Source: an uncultured Rickettsiales bacterium (GTDB taxonomy: Bacteria > Myxococcota_A > UBA796 > UBA9615 > CAYRNR01). From it: a stretch of DNA of 64,000 nucleotides. A program made the position numbers and the translations under genes. The notes below the pieces were generated by a model. That model searched no databases. It saw nothing but the letters and a program-made list of their open reading frames with translations, and was not told the DNA's origin. The DNA lies in the NCBI GenBank assembly GCA_964558555.1, contig CAZLEO010000008.1, positions 61 to 64,060 of the forward strand, written 5' to 3'. Shown in pieces: positions 28,654 to 38,991 of this stretch. Every line of letters starts with the position of its first letter. Positions within the stretch are counted from its first letter, which is position 1.

Positions 28654-29427
28654 ATGGCCCCCAAGCCCGATCGAAGCGACGGCGACCGCAGGATGGCCCT
28701 GTTGTTCTCCGGTGGCCTGGACACCACGCTGGAGGTGGTCGAGCGGCTCAAGGAGTACGACGCCGTCGATCTACTCACCTTCGACAACGGCTACTGCATC
28801 AACATGCGCGGCGCGCGCCGGCGCGTGCGCGAGCTGCGCGACCTGCTGGGTCCAGACCGCATCCACCACGTGGAGGTCGAGACCAAGGAGCTCATCGACA
28901 TCCTGCTGCGCGACGGCGACCAGCTGTGGCGCGAGTACCGATCCCCGCTGATCTTCGACATGGCCTGCAAGGTGTCCTCCGTCACCGAGCTCATCTACTA
29001 CGCCCGCACCCACGGCATCACCGATCTGAGCGACGGCGCCGCGCTGGAGCAGACCGAGATCTTCTTGCAGCACCGCGACTTCTCCGCCGAGGTCAAGCCG
29101 TACCTGGAGAGCTACGGGCTGGTCTACCGCGAGGCCATCCAGTACGAGTGGTCCCGCGACGAGAAGCAGCGGATGATCGAGCAGCAGGGCCTGAGCTCCG
29201 GCGTGCCCTTGCTCGAGAAGTTCTCCATCGGCAGCCACATCGCCCACCAGCCGTTCTGCCTGCGCGGCGCCGTCACCTTCTTCTTCACCTCGCCGACCCG
29301 CCACCTCGGTCCGGTCAAGCGCTACGCCCTGCCCATGAACCGCGCCATCGCCCTGTGGAAGCGGCTGCTGCCCACGGCGAAGGACTACCTGGACGAGCGG
29401 TTGCGGGGGGCGGGGATCGAGGTCTAG
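28654..29427 (+). CDS. PP-loop ATP pyrophosphatase superfamily protein (QueC/ExsB-like).
   Basis: LFSGGLDTT PP-loop (SGGxDS-like). LLTFDNGYC resembles QueC's ITFDYGQRH. The QueC C-terminal Zn-Cys motif is absent. Confidence 0.55.
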   Translation: MAPKPDRSDGDRRMALLFSGGLDTTLEVVERLKEYDAVDLLTFDNGYCINMRGARRRVRELRDLLGPDRIHHVEVETKELIDILLRDGDQLWREYRSPLIFDMACKVSSVTELIYYARTHGITDLSDGAALEQTEIFLQHRDFSAEVKPYLESYGLVYREAIQYEWSRDEKQRMIEQQGLSSGVPLLEKFSIGSHIAHQPFCLRGAVTFFFTSPTRHLGPVKRYALPMNRAIALWKRLLPTAKDYLDERLRGAGIEV

Positions 29428-29458
29428 CGGGGATCCTGGAGCAGGGGCGGGAGCGGGA

Positions 29459-29965
29459 CTACTCGGCCTTCTTCGGCGCGGCCTCTGCGGCCGGCGGCGC
29501 GCTATCGCCGGCGGGCTTGTCGCCTTCGGCCTTCTCGCCTTCCGCGGGCGGCGCGGCCTCCTCGCCCTCCTTCTTCTCGGGCGCGGGGGCGGCCTCGGGC
29601 AGATCCAGGGCGGCGGCCCAGGTGATGAGCTCGTCGGTGGCGCCGGCCTTCTTGAGCATCTCCTTCTCGGCGTCGGTCAGTCCGGTGGCGCCTCCGAGCT
29701 GGTCGTTCTCGACGCCCTCGGTGGCCTTGGCGCGGATCTGCTCCTCGGTCAGGCCGATCTCGATCCACTCGGCGATGTGGCTCGCCAGGGCCCGCGGGGG
29801 ATCGGGGGCCGTGTTGGCGTCGGCGGACTTCGTGTTGTCGGCCGGCGGCGGCGTCCAGGCGGCGTCCGTCGGCTTGTCCGAGGCGTTCGTGGGCGCGGCG
29901 GGTCGGCAGGCGGGGAGCATCAGGGCCAGGACGATCACCGTGATCGCGAGGGTGTGGATCTTCAT
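29459..29965 (-). CDS. Ala/Pro/Glu-rich lipoprotein, hypothetical.
   Basis: Lipobox LALMLPAC. Low-complexity C-terminus. Confidence 0.5.
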   Translation of the reverse strand: MKIHTLAITVIVLALMLPACRPAAPTNASDKPTDAAWTPPPADNTKSADANTAPDPPRALASHIAEWIEIGLTEEQIRAKATEGVENDQLGGATGLTDAEKEMLKKAGATDELITWAAALDLPEAAPAPEKKEGEEAAPPAEGEKAEGDKPAGDSAPPAAEAAPKKAE

Positions 29966-30115
29966 GGGGGACATCTCCAGGTCGTCGCGCCGGTTCGCCC
30001 GGCGGCGTGTGCGCAGATGTTACCGATGGGTTTCGAAGGCGGTCAAGGCGCGCGTGTGCGGCGCGCGTGTGCCGGCGTCCTTGTGCGTGGGCGCGGACGG
30101 GGCAATAGTAGGGCC

Positions 30116-31357
30116 ATGCGTGGACTCCCGATTGCAGGTGTGTGTGTGGCGGTGTCGCTGGCCGGGCTGGCGGCCGCGCCCGGTTGTGGCGGCGATCAGA
30201 CGGTGGACCCGGACGCGGCGCGCCTCGCCGCGATCGAGCAGGAGGCGCGGGAGCGCAAGGACGACGGTGCGCCGCCCTTGAGGCCCCTCGATACGCCGAT
30301 CCTCAACGCCCACCCGGCCGGCGAGGGGTGCACGGCGCACGAGAGCATGACCATCCTGCTGGACGGCGACCAGATCGCCGATCCGCATTACCACAGCGAC
30401 GGCCAGCAGCCCTCGGTGGTGATCGGTCTGACCGACCACGACGGCGTCAGCGGCGTGCTGGTGGAGGATCTGGGCGACTACGCCCCGGCCATGGACTACA
30501 ACCTCGACGCCTGGCTGACCCGCTGGCGCATCGAGGAGACGACCTACCCGCGCCGGGCCCTGCTGATCTCCCACCCCCACACCATCGGCCGGATGATCCT
30601 GCCGGGGAAGATCACCCAGCCCGTGGAGGAAGGCCCAGCGGTCATCGACGAGACCCTGCGGCGGCTGGGTCACGCGTCCCTGACGAGTCCCAACTTCCAG
30701 AACCTGTGCGACGAGGCGCGGCGCGATCCCAACTGGCCGGTGGCGCCGGTATGCGAGCGGCCGGTCCACGACCTCGAGACCGGGCTGGAGCCGCTGGTGT
30801 GGGGGGACGGCACGAAGTCCGGGCGGGTGTTCCTGTACACCTATGCCATCGCGCCGGAGGAGCTGGACAAGATCCCGTTCCAGCCGCTGGAGACCGTACT
30901 GATCGTCCAGGCGGACCCCGGCTACCTGGTGTACAGCGTGTGCTCGCACCTGCCCAACCACCCCGACGAGGGGCACGTCGCGCCGTTCCACGTGGCCTAC
31001 GAGATCAAGGCGCTGATGGATGCGGGCAAGCTCGAGCCGGGCCCCATCCACACCGTGGTCACCGGCACCTGCGGAGTGCTGCGCACCTTTGACATGCAAG
31101 GCGGCAAGACCGAGCAGGGGGTGTTCGACACGCCGGGCTTCCAGAGCCGCGTCCAGCAGATGCGTGACGACCTGGGCATCCAGCGGCTGTTCCTGAGCCA
31201 CTGCGCCCTGCGGCGCACCTCCCAGCACTCCCTGCGGCCCTTCTACGAGGTGTTCCGCGAGGGGGTCCAGCTGGCCTACCCGGGGGCGTGTATTCCGCTA
31301 TCACCCCCCGCGGCGGTCCCCCAGGCCGAGGCGCCGACCGACCATCCCGCCCACTGA
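30116..31357 (+). CDS. Hypothetical lipoprotein (413 aa).
   Basis: MRGLPIAGVCVAVSLAGLAAAPGCGG. No recognisable domain. Confidence 0.5.
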   Translation: MRGLPIAGVCVAVSLAGLAAAPGCGGDQTVDPDAARLAAIEQEARERKDDGAPPLRPLDTPILNAHPAGEGCTAHESMTILLDGDQIADPHYHSDGQQPSVVIGLTDHDGVSGVLVEDLGDYAPAMDYNLDAWLTRWRIEETTYPRRALLISHPHTIGRMILPGKITQPVEEGPAVIDETLRRLGHASLTSPNFQNLCDEARRDPNWPVAPVCERPVHDLETGLEPLVWGDGTKSGRVFLYTYAIAPEELDKIPFQPLETVLIVQADPGYLVYSVCSHLPNHPDEGHVAPFHVAYEIKALMDAGKLEPGPIHTVVTGTCGVLRTFDMQGGKTEQGVFDTPGFQSRVQQMRDDLGIQRLFLSHCALRRTSQHSLRPFYEVFREGVQLAYPGACIPLSPPAAVPQAEAPTDHPAH

Positions 31358-31399
31358 ACTTGATATGGTGGGGATTCCTCTACCCTAGGGGGTACTCCG

Positions 31400-32617
31400 A
31401 TGTCCGTAGCGAGGTTCCGGCCCTCCCTGTCCCTGCGCGAGGCCGCGCACTTCGTGGGCGCCGGCCTGCCCGGCAAGCCGGCGCTGACGCGTGAGTTCGA
31501 GCGGGCCTTCGGCCGGGAGGTGCTGGGCAACCGCACCGTGATCCTGGCGCCGTCGGGCCGCATCGCCCTGTACTGGATCCTCGAGGCCCTGGACATGGGC
31601 CCTGGCGACGAGGTGGTCACCCAGGCGTTCAACTTCACCGCCGTGCCCGCGGCCATCGAGGCGGCCGGGGCGAAGCCGGTGTTCGTGGACGTGGCCCGGG
31701 ACGGGTTCGGCCCGGACCCGCGCAAGCTCGCCGAGGTGGTGGGGCCGCGCACGCGCGCCGTCCTGTTGACCCACCTGTACGGCAACCCCGCCGACGTGGG
31801 CGGCGTCAGCGCGGTGTGCGAGGAGCACGGCATCCCCCTGATCGAGGACTGCGCCCAGGCCGTGGGCGCCACGTACGAGGGGCGCACGCTGGGCACCTTC
31901 GGGCTGGCCACGTTCTTCACCTTCGGCCCCACCAAGAACTTCACGCTGCTCGGCGGCGGGGCCGTGGCCACCGCCGATCCGGAGATGGGTCAGCGCATGG
32001 CCGAGCTGGCGCGCCGCCACCGCCGCGTGGGGGCCCGCAAGTCCCTGCGCATGGCCGCCATGGCGGCGGTGATCACCGCGGCGACGAGCCCGCTGCCGTT
32101 CCAGCTGGCCACCTTCCCCGCCATCCGCCTGCTCAGCGCGCGCGGTGGCGATCCGGTGCACAAGGTCATGGCCGAGCCCGACAGCCCCCTGCGGGACGTG
32201 GAGGCCTACCGGGCTCCATCGGGGGCCATGGCCGCGGTGGGTATGGCCCAGCTCAAGCGCTACGTGGAGCTCAACCGCGCCCGCGAGCGCAATGGCTGGG
32301 AGCTGTACGACCGGCTGCGGCAGGTGGACGGCATCACCGTGCCGTTGTCCCGCGAGGGCAACATCTTCCTGAGCTTCCCGGTGTTCCACCCGCGGCGGAA
32401 GGCCTTTGCCGCGGCCCTGCGGAGTCGGGGCGTGGACACGGACCTGGGGTTCATGTGTGACTGCGCGTCCCACCCCATGTTCCCCGACGCGGCCGCCGAC
32501 TGCCCGGAGTCGATCCGGGCCGCGGACGAGATCGTGCACCTGCCGGTCCATCCGTACCTGGGCCAGCGCGGTCGCGACCGCATCGTCGAGGCCGCGAAGG
32601 AGGCCGCGAGCGTTTGA
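31400..32617 (+). CDS. DegT/DnrJ/EryC1/StrS-family PLP-dependent aminotransferase.
   Basis: Family motifs DCAQAVGATYEG and FSFGPTKNF-like (TFGPTKNFT). Confidence 0.8.
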   Translation: MSVARFRPSLSLREAAHFVGAGLPGKPALTREFERAFGREVLGNRTVILAPSGRIALYWILEALDMGPGDEVVTQAFNFTAVPAAIEAAGAKPVFVDVARDGFGPDPRKLAEVVGPRTRAVLLTHLYGNPADVGGVSAVCEEHGIPLIEDCAQAVGATYEGRTLGTFGLATFFTFGPTKNFTLLGGGAVATADPEMGQRMAELARRHRRVGARKSLRMAAMAAVITAATSPLPFQLATFPAIRLLSARGGDPVHKVMAEPDSPLRDVEAYRAPSGAMAAVGMAQLKRYVELNRARERNGWELYDRLRQVDGITVPLSREGNIFLSFPVFHPRRKAFAAALRSRGVDTDLGFMCDCASHPMFPDAAADCPESIRAADEIVHLPVHPYLGQRGRDRIVEAAKEAASV

Positions 32618-35600
32618 TCCACGAGGTCCCGGCTCAGCGGTCTCGGTGGCCTGGCCTCGCGGCCGCGGGGCTGGCCCTCGCCCTGCTGGCCGTCCCCGGC
32701 GTCGGCCGCGCCACCCTCACCGACCTGCCGCGGGACTTCGAGCTGTCCGAGGTGGCCTGGGGCGGCCTCGGCGGCGGCGAGGCGCGGACCGACTGCGGTG
32801 AGCTGCGCCATCACCCGGTGATCCTCGTCCACGGCGATGGCGAGGGGCCCGAGGCGTGGATCGCAGGGGAGGACGGCGGCGCGGTCGGCGCGCTGCGCGC
32901 GGCCGGGTTCGGTCCGTGCGAGGTGTGGGCCCTGCGGGTGGGCGAGGCGGGCAAGCCCATGCGCTCGCTGGAGGAGCTCACCGACGACGTCAAGGTCTTC
33001 ATGTACGCGGTGCTGTCGTACACCGGCGCGCCGCGGGTACAGATCGTGGCCGACGACGAGGGAGCCGTGCTCGTCCACGCCACCCTGGTCAAGTACGGCC
33101 TGCACAACCTCGTGCACGCCCTGGTCTACCTGGACGCGCCCTTCGGCGGCGAGCCGGGCTGCAACGACGACCGCTGCTTTGCCGGCGAGGTGATGTGCTG
33201 CACCCTGCGCCGGAAGTCCGGCTTCCTCGACCGTACGTTGCTGCCCGTGGAGACCCCCCACGCCCTCTCGGCGGTGCCGGACGGCAGGCGGACCGGCCAC
33301 ATCCGGTACCTGACCGCGGGCCCCACCCCGGCGGTGGCGCTGAAGGACCGCACCGACGTCCACGGCGGCTGGATGCTCGACGGCGCCTGGAACCTGTCCT
33401 ACCCCGGGCTGGCCGCGAAGCCGGCGCACCACGTGCCGGAGCTCTGGGGTGTGATCGTGCGGACCCTGTCCGACCCGGCGGCGGCGTGCCAGCGCGCCGA
33501 CGACGCGGACGGGGACGGATACTGCGCCACGGCCGCGGGCGGCAACGACTGCGACGACGCGAACCCGGCGATCTACCCGGGCGCGCCCGAGGTGCAGGCC
33601 GACGGCATCGACCAGGACTGCAACCTCCACGATCTGGACCGCAGCATCGTCGGCTGGAAGTGCGAGCGACCCCTCGGCGATCCGGTGGGCCCCACCGTGC
33701 TGGGCCCGCGGGCGACGACGACCGAGGAGGAGGACGGGGACTGGAGCTGGCAGGAGTGGGTGGTCGTGGCCGCCCTGTCGGCGTTGCTGCTGCCCATCGG
33801 GTGGGTGGCGTACGGCGCGTTCGGGCGGCGCTGGTTCAAGCGGATGCGGCGCCGGGCGCGGCGCGGGGCCCTGTCGGCGCCGGCCGCTGACGAGGAACCC
33901 GTCGCCGAGGAGACCCCGGATCGTCCGTGGCGCGCGAGGTTGCTCGAAGGGGCGGTCGTGGCCGCCGTGTTCGCTGCGGTCGTCACCGCGGCCCTGTTCA
34001 CCCGCGGGTTCGATCCGGCGCTGCACTACGTGGGCGGCAACTACGAGTTCGTGGGCTGGAACCTGGTGGACTGGAACGTCCACTACTGGTCCATGTGGGA
34101 CTTCCGTCACGTCTACCTGGGCCTGGACAACCCCCTGCGCTCGGTGCACGAGTTCTACCCCGAGGGCCTGCTCACGGTGACCGTGCGCGGCGACCTGGCG
34201 ATGATGGCCATCGCCGGGGTGGTGGGCCTGTTCTGCTCCCCGGACACCACCTACCTGCTCATGCTGGTGTTCATCCTCGCCGGCAACGGCCTGGGGGGCT
34301 TCGTGCTGGTGCGCACCCTCACCGGCAGCCGCCTGGCCGGCCTGGCCGTGGGGGTGGTCTTCTGCTTCGCCGGGGTCACGTCCTGGGCCCTGAACACGGG
34401 CAACCTCGAGTACGGCCTGTGGTTGTGGATCTGCCTGTACTTCGCCGCGCTGGTGCAGGTGCTGCGCCACGGGGGCCGCAAGCGCGCGGTGATCGCGGGG
34501 GTGTTCGGGCTGCTGGCCATCTACTCGAACTTCCTGTTCATCTACCACCTCGCCGGGGTCAGCGCGGTGCTCCTGGCCTTCCGGGCGCGCCAGCTGGACA
34601 CCCGCCGCTGGATCTCCCTGGGCGTGCTGGTGGCCACGATCCTGTCGCTGCTGCTGCCGTTCGCCATCTACTTCCGCTACGAGGGCAAGGACCAGGGGCA
34701 GGTCCTGCTGCCCAACGCCGACGAACTCAGCGACGACCAGGGCACGGGTCAGATGCGTCGCAACAACAGCTACGCCCTGTCCGACTACCTGCCGTGGAAG
34801 CGCGGCTACACCCGCGAGCACGGCGAGTACCTGCACTTCGACCGCAACGACGCCGACACGTACTACCTGCTGTTCGCGGCGGTGGTGCTGGGGCTGATCG
34901 TGGCGCCGCGGCGCAGCCTGCCGTGGCTGGTGGCCGGTGGTGTGTTCCTGTCGCTGTCCCTGGGGCCGGACTGGACGATCGGGACGGCCGAGGACCCGAC
35001 GCGCGTGCCGCTGCCGTACACCCTGGCGGTGCGGATCGTGCCGCTGTTCTACCGCATCTACTTCCCCCACCGGATCTTCACCTTCGCCATGATCTGCGCC
35101 GGCGTGGTCATGGGCTACGCCATCGCGTGGCTGCTGCAGCGGGCCGGCCGGCCCGGGTCGATCCGGCTGTCCGGCGGCAAGCAGCGCATGCGCGTCGGCG
35201 GGCGGCGCATGCGCACCCTGGTGGGGATCGCCGTGGTCTTCGCGGTGTTCATGGAGCTGCACGGTGCGTGGGGCATCCGCACCTTCTGGAAGCACGAGGT
35301 GCACCCCTTCTACCAGCAGCTGGGCGAGGACCACGAGCAGTACGCCATGGTGGTGTTCCCCATGGACTACGGCGTGTTCGACGCGCGCTACCTGTACTTC
35401 CAGACCGTGCACCACAAGCCGCTGTTCAACGGCACGGTGCCCCGTTACTTCGGCATCTACGGCATCCCCAACTACGAGATGCTCGAGGAGAACTCGATCC
35501 TGCGGCGGGCCTACCAGCTGCAGATGGAGCACATGCCGCGCACGGTCACCGCGGCCATGATCGAGATCGGCGGCGCCTCGTTCGCCCTGGACCGGCCCAC

Positions 35601-35811
35601 CCTCGACCAGGGCATCATCGACCTGCTGCGCGAGGGCTTCCGCTACGTGGTCCTGCACCGCCGGGTGGTGTGGGACTCGGGGCTGAGCTTCGAGATGCCC
35701 CGGGACACCGAGCTGGAGCTGTTCCTCGTGGACGCCCTGGGCAAGCCCGCGTACGAGGACGCCGAGATCGTCGTGTTCGACCTGCGCGCCACCGGAAGGA
35801 CCGGAAATTGA
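32614..35811 (+). CDS. Large fusion protein. Signal peptide, alpha/beta-hydrolase (lipase-like) domain, MopE metal-binding motif, then a ~700-aa polytopic membrane domain.
   Basis: ILVHGDGEG lipase-type motif. DADGDGYCATAAGGNDCDDANPAIYPGAPE motif. More than 12 predicted TM helices. 4-nt overlap with the aminotransferase gene. Confidence 0.55.
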   Translation: MIHEVPAQRSRWPGLAAAGLALALLAVPGVGRATLTDLPRDFELSEVAWGGLGGGEARTDCGELRHHPVILVHGDGEGPEAWIAGEDGGAVGALRAAGFGPCEVWALRVGEAGKPMRSLEELTDDVKVFMYAVLSYTGAPRVQIVADDEGAVLVHATLVKYGLHNLVHALVYLDAPFGGEPGCNDDRCFAGEVMCCTLRRKSGFLDRTLLPVETPHALSAVPDGRRTGHIRYLTAGPTPAVALKDRTDVHGGWMLDGAWNLSYPGLAAKPAHHVPELWGVIVRTLSDPAAACQRADDADGDGYCATAAGGNDCDDANPAIYPGAPEVQADGIDQDCNLHDLDRSIVGWKCERPLGDPVGPTVLGPRATTTEEEDGDWSWQEWVVVAALSALLLPIGWVAYGAFGRRWFKRMRRRARRGALSAPAADEEPVAEETPDRPWRARLLEGAVVAAVFAAVVTAALFTRGFDPALHYVGGNYEFVGWNLVDWNVHYWSMWDFRHVYLGLDNPLRSVHEFYPEGLLTVTVRGDLAMMAIAGVVGLFCSPDTTYLLMLVFILAGNGLGGFVLVRTLTGSRLAGLAVGVVFCFAGVTSWALNTGNLEYGLWLWICLYFAALVQVLRHGGRKRAVIAGVFGLLAIYSNFLFIYHLAGVSAVLLAFRARQLDTRRWISLGVLVATILSLLLPFAIYFRYEGKDQGQVLLPNADELSDDQGTGQMRRNNSYALSDYLPWKRGYTREHGEYLHFDRNDADTYYLLFAAVVLGLIVAPRRSLPWLVAGGVFLSLSLGPDWTIGTAEDPTRVPLPYTLAVRIVPLFYRIYFPHRIFTFAMICAGVVMGYAIAWLLQRAGRPGSIRLSGGKQRMRVGGRRMRTLVGIAVVFAVFMELHGAWGIRTFWKHEVHPFYQQLGEDHEQYAMVVFPMDYGVFDARYLYFQTVHHKPLFNGTVPRYFGIYGIPNYEMLEENSILRRAYQLQMEHMPRTVTAAMIEIGGASFALDRPTLDQGIIDLLREGFRYVVLHRRVVWDSGLSFEMPRDTELELFLVDALGKPAYEDAEIVVFDLRATGRTGN

Positions 35812-37646
35812 GCTGGCGTGCCCCGCGCGGCGGCTCCTTACGACTGCGCGGCCGCCACGCCTTCGGCGCCCTGTCCGCGCTGGGGGTGATCGCCTACCTG
35901 GCGGTCAACGTGCACTGGATCCAGCACAACGGCGACTACATCCAGTTCGACGTGGCCCACCACCTCAACGAGGCCGTGGACTTCGAGAACACGGCCCTGG
36001 CGATCCTGCACCACGATCAGGGATTCACCGCCAAGGTCGGCGATCTGGTCCAGCTGCTGAACAACCGCGCCGGGCTCAAGATGATGTGGCCGCGGCTGGT
36101 GTACGCGGTGACCGCGGCGTGGTCCATCTTCGTGGGCGGCGGCGACCGGGCGCCGTTCTACTCCAACCTCGCGTTCCTCATGGCCTGGATCGCGGGCGCG
36201 GCCGTGGCCATGCGGCGGCTGGTGGGCCGCAAGCTGGGCTGGGAGGGGTTCTTCTACGCGCTGGTGATCGGGCTGCTGTTCCCGGCCACGTACGGGCCGA
36301 TGCGCCTGTACGGGCTGGACTTCCCCCTGGCGTGCGGGGTGTGCCTGAGCCTGGGCCTGCTGATGGCGTCGCGGGGGTTCTCGCGTCCGGTGGCGACGTT
36401 GCTGTTCGGCCTCGTGGCCGGGCTGAGCCTGCTGATCAAGGCCCACTTCGCCTTCTACCTGATCTTCGCGCTGCCGTACGCCCTGGGCCAGCTCGTGGCG
36501 CGGGCGCCGTCGGGGCGCGACACCCGGCTGCGGCGGCTTGGCCTGCTCGCGGGGGCCACGGTGATCTTCGGCTTGATGGCGTACGTCTGGCTCGCAGGCA
36601 GCATCGGCGCCATCGTCCACGACCTGGCCATCCACACGGTGCCGCAGCTGGTGCCGTCGGCCGAGGGCAGCTACACCGAACCCCACTCCGAGGCGTTCCC
36701 CAAGTACTCGCTGGCGTGGTGGACGTACTACGTCAAGGCCGGCGTCCTGGACATGGGCATCGCCGGCACGCTGGCGCTGATCCTGGGCATCGTCTCGCTG
36801 GTGATCTGCCGCAAGGAGCTGCCGCGGGGCCTGCGCCACGACCGCCGCCTGCTCTACCTGGCCGCGGGCGGCGTGATGTTCGCCCTGTCGGTGTTGCCCA
36901 TCAAGGACACCCGCTACCTGTTCCCGGCCTTCCCGTTCTTCGCCCTGATCGCGGCCACGGGGCTGATGACCATGCGGCGACGCCCGCGGCGCCTCTTCGC
37001 CGGCATCGCCCTGGTGGTGGGCGTGGCCACCCTCGGCGGCATCTCGTACAACCGCAAGCTGTCGGACCGGCTGCACCACGAGCTGATGCACAACGTGGGC
37101 TGGGAGGAGGGCAACCTCTGGGCCCGGTCCACGGGCGAGGAGCGGTTCGAGGGTATGGCGTCGAACGTGGCGGCCACCCTCATGGACGAGCCCAGCCAGC
37201 GCGGGGCCAACGTGGGCTTCATCGTCGTGCCCCAGGGCCACCCCATGGCCGGCTACCACATCGACCTGGCGCGCCTGGATGCGTACCGCCTCAAGCGGCG
37301 GCTGGGGTGCGTCGGTCGCAAGAACCCCGACCTGTTCGACACGGCCATGCTCGACGCCCTGTGTTACGTCGAGACCGTGGACATGCGCTTCTACAGCCCC
37401 ACCTACTTCGAGATCGAGGCCATGCACCTCGACGCCTTCGTGGTCTACCACTGCGTGGGCAGCTACGACGGCTTCGAGCCGCCGTACATGTCGTATTACG
37501 GCGAGCCCATGCCCGACCTGGTGTTCTCGCGCACCGTCGAGGAGATCGACGAGCGCATGCCGCGCCGCTACGACCGCATCGCCGAGTACGACTACGCCTC
37601 GGGGGGCCAGCAGGTGCCGGCGCTGGTGTACCTGTACGAGAAGTAG
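35808..37646 (+). CDS. GT-C-fold membrane glycosyltransferase-like protein (GT39/ArnT/PMT-like), 612 aa.
   Basis: N-terminal polytopic region with a C-terminal soluble domain. The start is uncertain: a TTG at 35808 overlaps the upstream stop as TTGA; the first in-frame ATG is at 36079. Confidence 0.4.
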   Translation: MSWRAPRGGSLRLRGRHAFGALSALGVIAYLAVNVHWIQHNGDYIQFDVAHHLNEAVDFENTALAILHHDQGFTAKVGDLVQLLNNRAGLKMMWPRLVYAVTAAWSIFVGGGDRAPFYSNLAFLMAWIAGAAVAMRRLVGRKLGWEGFFYALVIGLLFPATYGPMRLYGLDFPLACGVCLSLGLLMASRGFSRPVATLLFGLVAGLSLLIKAHFAFYLIFALPYALGQLVARAPSGRDTRLRRLGLLAGATVIFGLMAYVWLAGSIGAIVHDLAIHTVPQLVPSAEGSYTEPHSEAFPKYSLAWWTYYVKAGVLDMGIAGTLALILGIVSLVICRKELPRGLRHDRRLLYLAAGGVMFALSVLPIKDTRYLFPAFPFFALIAATGLMTMRRRPRRLFAGIALVVGVATLGGISYNRKLSDRLHHELMHNVGWEEGNLWARSTGEERFEGMASNVAATLMDEPSQRGANVGFIVVPQGHPMAGYHIDLARLDAYRLKRRLGCVGRKNPDLFDTAMLDALCYVETVDMRFYSPTYFEIEAMHLDAFVVYHCVGSYDGFEPPYMSYYGEPMPDLVFSRTVEEIDERMPRRYDRIAEYDYASGGQQVPALVYLYEK

Positions 37647-37658
37647 GTCCGCGGCGCG

Positions 37659-38987
37659 TCACTTCACCTGCATGTCGATCACGACGGTGATCTCGTCGCG
37701 GGCGCGCAGCAGCACCACCACCAGCTGACGGCCCACCGCGCCGCGGGCGATGGCGGCGCGCATGTCCGCCACCGAGGCGACGGGGGCGGTGGAGTCCGCG
37801 TCGATGCCGGCGCGCAGGACCTGATCGCCGGCGTAGATGCCGGCAGCCTCGGCCGGTCCGCCCCGGTCGATGCCCACCACCATCAGCCGCGACGACTCCT
37901 TGATGTCCGGGGCCACGGACAGGCCCAGGTACAGCTCGCCGGGCACCGAGCCCAGCGAGACCGCGACCGCGAGGTCGTTGCCGGCGCGGCGGATGCCGAA
38001 CAGCACCTCCTCGCCGGGCAGGCGGTGGAAGGTCACCTCGCGCTGGAAGTCTCGCCTCGAGCCCATGGTCCGGCCGTCCACGGTCAACAGCAGGTCGTCG
38101 GGCAGGATGCCGGCGTGGGCGGCCGGGGAGTCGTCCTCCACCGCGTGCACGAGCAGGCCGGCGGGCAGGGCAAGGGCGAGCTTGGTGGCCTGGGGGATCG
38201 GCTCGAGGGTGACGCCGGCCCAGGGGTGGACCACGTTGCCGTGGTCGCGCAGCTGCTGGGCGACCCACATGGCCGCGTTGATGGGGATGGCGAAGCCCAG
38301 GGACTGGGGCGGGACCGGCGAGTTGCCCGTGCGGCCGATGATCCAGGTGTTGATGCCCACCACCTGGCCGCACAGATCCACCAGCGGCCCGCCGCTGTTG
38401 CCCAGGTTGATGGCCGCGTCGGTCTGAACGTAGTCCTCGTACGAGGCGATGCCGAACCCGGACCGGCCCAGGCCCGACACGATGCCCACGCTGGCGGAGA
38501 ACTCCAGGCCCATGGGATGACCGATGGCCACCACCTCCTCGCCCACCACCAGCCCTGCGGAGTCCCCCATGGGCGCGGGTCGCAGCTCCTGCAACGGCGG
38601 CCGCTCCAGCACCTGTAGCAGCGCCAGGTCCAGGTCCTCGTCCAGGCCCACCACCATCGCCCGCGCCACGCCGCCGTCGCGCAGGGTCACCGCCAGGTCC
38701 ACGGCCCGCTCCACCACGTGGGCGTTGGTCAGCACGTAGTCCCCGTCGTACACCACCACCCCCGTGCCGATGCCCGTGGCCTTGTCGTCCAGCTCCGCGC
38801 CCAGGTCGTCCTCGATGGCCCGCGCCGACAGGGGTGTGATCGCCACCACCGAGTGGGACATCTGCTCGACGATGGCCGTGTACGGCTGGGCGCACGACAG
38901 GGCCGGGCGGTGCTCGGCCTGGGCTCCGGCGACACACGCCCACACCACCGCCAATGTGGCAGCCAGCCCGGGCAGCATGCGTCTCAT
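37659..38987 (-). CDS. htrA: HtrA/DegP-family periplasmic serine protease (trypsin domain + 2 PDZ).
   Basis: Catalytic His, Asp and GNSGGP Ser motifs. Two PDZ-like segments. Signal peptide. Confidence 0.85.
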   Translation of the reverse strand: MRRMLPGLAATLAVVWACVAGAQAEHRPALSCAQPYTAIVEQMSHSVVAITPLSARAIEDDLGAELDDKATGIGTGVVVYDGDYVLTNAHVVERAVDLAVTLRDGGVARAMVVGLDEDLDLALLQVLERPPLQELRPAPMGDSAGLVVGEEVVAIGHPMGLEFSASVGIVSGLGRSGFGIASYEDYVQTDAAINLGNSGGPLVDLCGQVVGINTWIIGRTGNSPVPPQSLGFAIPINAAMWVAQQLRDHGNVVHPWAGVTLEPIPQATKLALALPAGLLVHAVEDDSPAAHAGILPDDLLLTVDGRTMGSRRDFQREVTFHRLPGEEVLFGIRRAGNDLAVAVSLGSVPGELYLGLSVAPDIKESSRLMVVGIDRGGPAEAAGIYAGDQVLRAGIDADSTAPVASVADMRAAIARGAVGRQLVVVLLRARDEITVVIDMQVK

Positions 38988-38991
38988 GGGA

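Noticed and set aside
33927-35807. N-terminal 627 codons of the 1239-aa + ORF.
   Set aside because: It overlaps the 32614-35811 gene out of frame. Only the part from ~35808 onward shows membrane-protein features.
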